From Deltaproteobacteria bacterium (GTDB lineage Bacteria > Desulfobacterota > Binatia > Binatales > Binataceae), in NCBI GenBank assembly GCA_021801125.1, contig JAJYYI010000127.1, forward strand, positions 3,835 to 67,834: a stretch of 64,000 bases of DNA. Direction: 5' to 3'. How positions within the stretch are numbered: position 1 is the stretch's first letter; the number at the start of each line of letters is the position of its first letter. The notes beneath the pieces were generated by a model, which worked only from the letters and a program-made list of their open reading frames with translations, was not told the origin of the DNA and searched no databases. Made by a program: the position numbers and the translations under genes. This document shows positions 61,777-64,000 of the stretch, one piece after another.

Positions 61777-62319
61777 ATGGCTCTGCTACAAATACGCAAA
61801 TACCCCGATCCGATCCTCAAGCAACCCGCCAAACCGGTGACCCAGATCGACGATGCGGTGCGCAGTTTTATCGAGAGCATGGTGCAGACGATGTACGCGG
61901 CTCCCGGAATCGGGCTGGCGGCGCCGCAGGTCGGCGACTCTAGGCGGATAATCGTAATCGACGCCGATCAGGAGAATCCCGGCCGACGCCTGCTCAAGCT
62001 GATTAATCCCGAAGTTGTAGAGATGCATGGCAAGGTGACCTGGGAGGAAGCGTGCCTTTCGGTGGTGGATTACAGCTCGCCGGTGCAAAGAGCGTCGCAT
62101 ATAGTCGTCAAGGCCTTGACTCCCGATGAAAACGAGCTCGAGATCGAGGCCGAAGAGTTTTTGGCGGTAGTCTTTCAACATGAACTCGATCATCTAGACG
62201 GCCGGCTGTTTATCGACCGTCTCAGCGGACTTAAGCGGCAACTGTATCGTCGCAAGCTGCAAAAGCTGATCAAAGAGGGCAGGCTCGAAAATTACGCCAC
62301 GGCCGCGGCTCGCGCGTGA
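61777..62319 (+). CDS. def: Peptide deformylase.
   Basis: The start is MALLQIRKYPDPILK. Motifs GIGLAAPQVG, EGCLS-like EACLS, and HELDHL. Confidence 0.95.
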   Translation: MALLQIRKYPDPILKQPAKPVTQIDDAVRSFIESMVQTMYAAPGIGLAAPQVGDSRRIIVIDADQENPGRRLLKLINPEVVEMHGKVTWEEACLSVVDYSSPVQRASHIVVKALTPDENELEIEAEEFLAVVFQHELDHLDGRLFIDRLSGLKRQLYRRKLQKLIKEGRLENYATAAARA

Positions 62320-62604
62320 CTTGATTCACGCGGTCCTTTGCGTGGGCAGAATCGTATCCGGCTGTCGCAGCGCCTATTCGCTGAGCCGCGCGCGGCGGTT
62401 CCAATCGAAGAGGCAACGCCGGCGGGATCGCGAAATGCGCGGCGCCCGATTAGGCTGCTCGCGGGCCGGCCGTTGCGACCGGCCGGATGGGACCAAGCAA
62501 TACGGCGCGAACACTAATCGCTGCGGCGGCGGGCCACCTCGCCAAGAGCGCGCCACCCCTATGGGTCCCGACCAGCCACAACCCCGGCGCGCCGCGTACG
62601 GCAG

Positions 62605-63699
62605 GTGATGCGGCCATCGTTGCGCATAGTTTTCATGGGCACGCCGGAACTAGCGGCGCATATCCTCGAGCGTCTGCTCGAATCAGCTTCCGGCGCATTG
62701 ACTACCCGCCCTGCGACCGAATCGCGCACCGAGGCAGGGTCTCTCGCCGAACCGCCGGAACGCTCTCAAACCCAAACGTCCGCGCAAACGCCGCGGCGCG
62801 CTGCCGATTTAGCCGGCGAGGGTGCGCAAGCACGGTTCGAGGTGGTAGCGGTAATCACCGGTCTCGACCGACCGCGCGGCCGCGGACTTGCGACGCAGCC
62901 TTCAGCGGTGGGTCAAATCGCCGCCCGCCGCGGAGTCACCGTGTACAAACCCGCGAGCGTTCGCGAGCCGGGATTCATCGACCTGCTACGGTCACTGGCA
63001 CCGGACCTTCTGGTCGTCGCCGCGTACGGGCGTATCCTTCCGCGCGAAGTGTTGAGCGCACCGCGGCTGATGCCGCTTAACGTGCACGCCTCGCTGCTTC
63101 CCAAGCATCGCGGCGCCAGTCCGGTCGAGGCCGCGATTTTGGCGGGCGATCACGAGACCGGCGTGAGCATCATGCGGATGACCGAGCGGATGGACGCAGG
63201 GCCGGTGCTGCTGCAACGCGCGATACCGATTACGCCGGACGATACACAGACAAGCCTCAAGGCGCGCCTGGCGGAGTTGGGAGCAAGCGCGCTACTGGAG
63301 ACGTTGGAGAAAATCGCGCGCGGCGTGGCGAGCGAGGCCGCTCAGGACGAGACACAGGCAACCTATTGCAGGCCGATCAAAAAAGAAGACGCATGGATCA
63401 ACTGGCACGCCGATGCGGTCTATATCGAGCGCATGGCGCGCGCCTACGATCCGTGGCCGATCGCGCGCACGAAGTTTGCCGGCGAGCCGCTCCTTATCTT
63501 CAGAGCCGAGTCTATTTCCGACGCGGCAAGCGACCAGCCGCCGGGCACGATCGTCCAGGTCAAGCCGGCGCCGCTGGTAAGCTGCGGCAAGGGCCTGCTC
63601 AAGCTTGTCGAGGTGCAGGCTGTCGGCCGCAAGCGGATGAGAGCGAGCGATTTCATTCATGGAAAGCGCGTGGCGCCGGGCGCGCGGCTTGGGGTGTAG
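62605..63699 (+). CDS. fmt: Methionyl-tRNA formyltransferase, with a ~50-aa low-complexity insertion near the N-terminus.
   Basis: RIVFMGTPELAAHIL ... [insertion] ... AVITGLDRPRGRG...NVHASLLPKHRGASPV... Confidence 0.9.
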   Translation: MMRPSLRIVFMGTPELAAHILERLLESASGALTTRPATESRTEAGSLAEPPERSQTQTSAQTPRRAADLAGEGAQARFEVVAVITGLDRPRGRGLATQPSAVGQIAARRGVTVYKPASVREPGFIDLLRSLAPDLLVVAAYGRILPREVLSAPRLMPLNVHASLLPKHRGASPVEAAILAGDHETGVSIMRMTERMDAGPVLLQRAIPITPDDTQTSLKARLAELGASALLETLEKIARGVASEAAQDETQATYCRPIKKEDAWINWHADAVYIERMARAYDPWPIARTKFAGEPLLIFRAESISDAASDQPPGTIVQVKPAPLVSCGKGLLKLVEVQAVGRKRMRASDFIHGKRVAPGARLGV

Positions 63700-63709
63700 A
63701 CTGCCCGCG

Positions 63710-64000
63710 ATGTCCGTGCAGCGGGGTCAGAGTTCGCGCGGTCTCGCCGATGCCAGACGGTTAATCTCGATCAAGTCGACGGACCCACCTGAAGAGAGTT
63801 CGCCAGGACTTCCCGCTCGCGCCGCAGCGCTGAGAATTTTATTGCGGGTCGAGCGCGGGGCCTTCGCGGATGTCTTGTTGGGCCATCAATTGCCGGGCTT
63901 CGGACGGTCCGATCGCCGCCTCATTACCACGCTGGTCTTGGGCACGACGGCCTGGCGCAGCCGTCTCGATTACGAACTCGAGCGGTTGGTGCGCGACGGA
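63710..64000 (+). CDS. rsmB: 16S rRNA (cytosine967-C5)-methyltransferase RsmB, N-terminal NusB-like domain only; the gene continues beyond the window end.
   Basis: MSVQRGQSSRG...AALRILLRVERGAFADVLLGHQLPGFGRSDRRLITTLVLGTTAWRSRLDYELERLV. It is in frame to position 64000 with no stop. The def-fmt-rsmB gene order is conserved. Confidence 0.75.
   Translation, partial: MSVQRGQSSRGLADARRLISIKSTDPPEESSPGLPARAAALRILLRVERGAFADVLLGHQLPGFGRSDRRLITTLVLGTTAWRSRLDYELERLVRDG

Overview
This 64 kb window is high-GC (roughly 65%) chromosomal DNA from a diderm bacterium. Most of it is conserved housekeeping gene blocks, and I could place every large ORF. I found no rRNA genes, CRISPR arrays, transposases or integrases.

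The conserved blocks are:
- A truncated RND-efflux membrane-fusion protein at the left edge, on the minus strand (absent from the ORF track because it runs off the window).
- A livKHMGF-type ABC transporter operon with ATGA-overlapped, translationally coupled genes.
- pdxH, maleylacetoacetate isomerase and an intradiol dioxygenase.
- The tig-clpP-clpX-lon-hup-tRNA-Val(TAC) block on the minus strand.
- K+-independent H+-pyrophosphatase hppA.
- Mrp/ApbC.
- UDP-sulfoquinovose synthase sqdB followed by a GT21-like (ceramide-glucosyltransferase-like) glycosyltransferase.
- A ferredoxin, coaBC, a MetB/MetC-type PLP enzyme, a GT4 glycosyltransferase, a TldD-family protease and a Tat-exported beta-carbonic anhydrase.
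- The ffh-rpsP-KH-rimM-trmD block, a PaaI thioesterase and comM.
- Two tandem family-III CoA transferases.
- ileS-lspA, aroC-aroK-aroB, priA-def-fmt, and the start of rsmB at the right edge.

Three apparently lower-GC accessory islets stand out (GC judged by eye, not computed):
1. A two-gene cassette of unknown function, with its own AT-rich promoter, just 3' of tRNA-Val (8.8-9.7 kb).
2. An ECF-sigma / zinc-binding anti-sigma island (33.5-39.7 kb). Its sigma gene has been segmentally duplicated: the copy next to the anti-sigma gene carries a 400-bp internal microhomology-mediated deletion and is a pseudogene. The intact copy sits about 2.8 kb away on the far side of a secreted aromatic-rich barrel-like protein, whose upstream region carries an ECF-type AAC-N16-CGT promoter motif. 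A 25-bp perfect long-range inverted repeat and small secreted Cys proteins lie nearby.
3. A roughly 1 kb ORF-poor spacer between lspA and aroB holding a standalone excisionase-family HTH gene.

Many long antisense ORFs in the track are artefacts of the high GC content.
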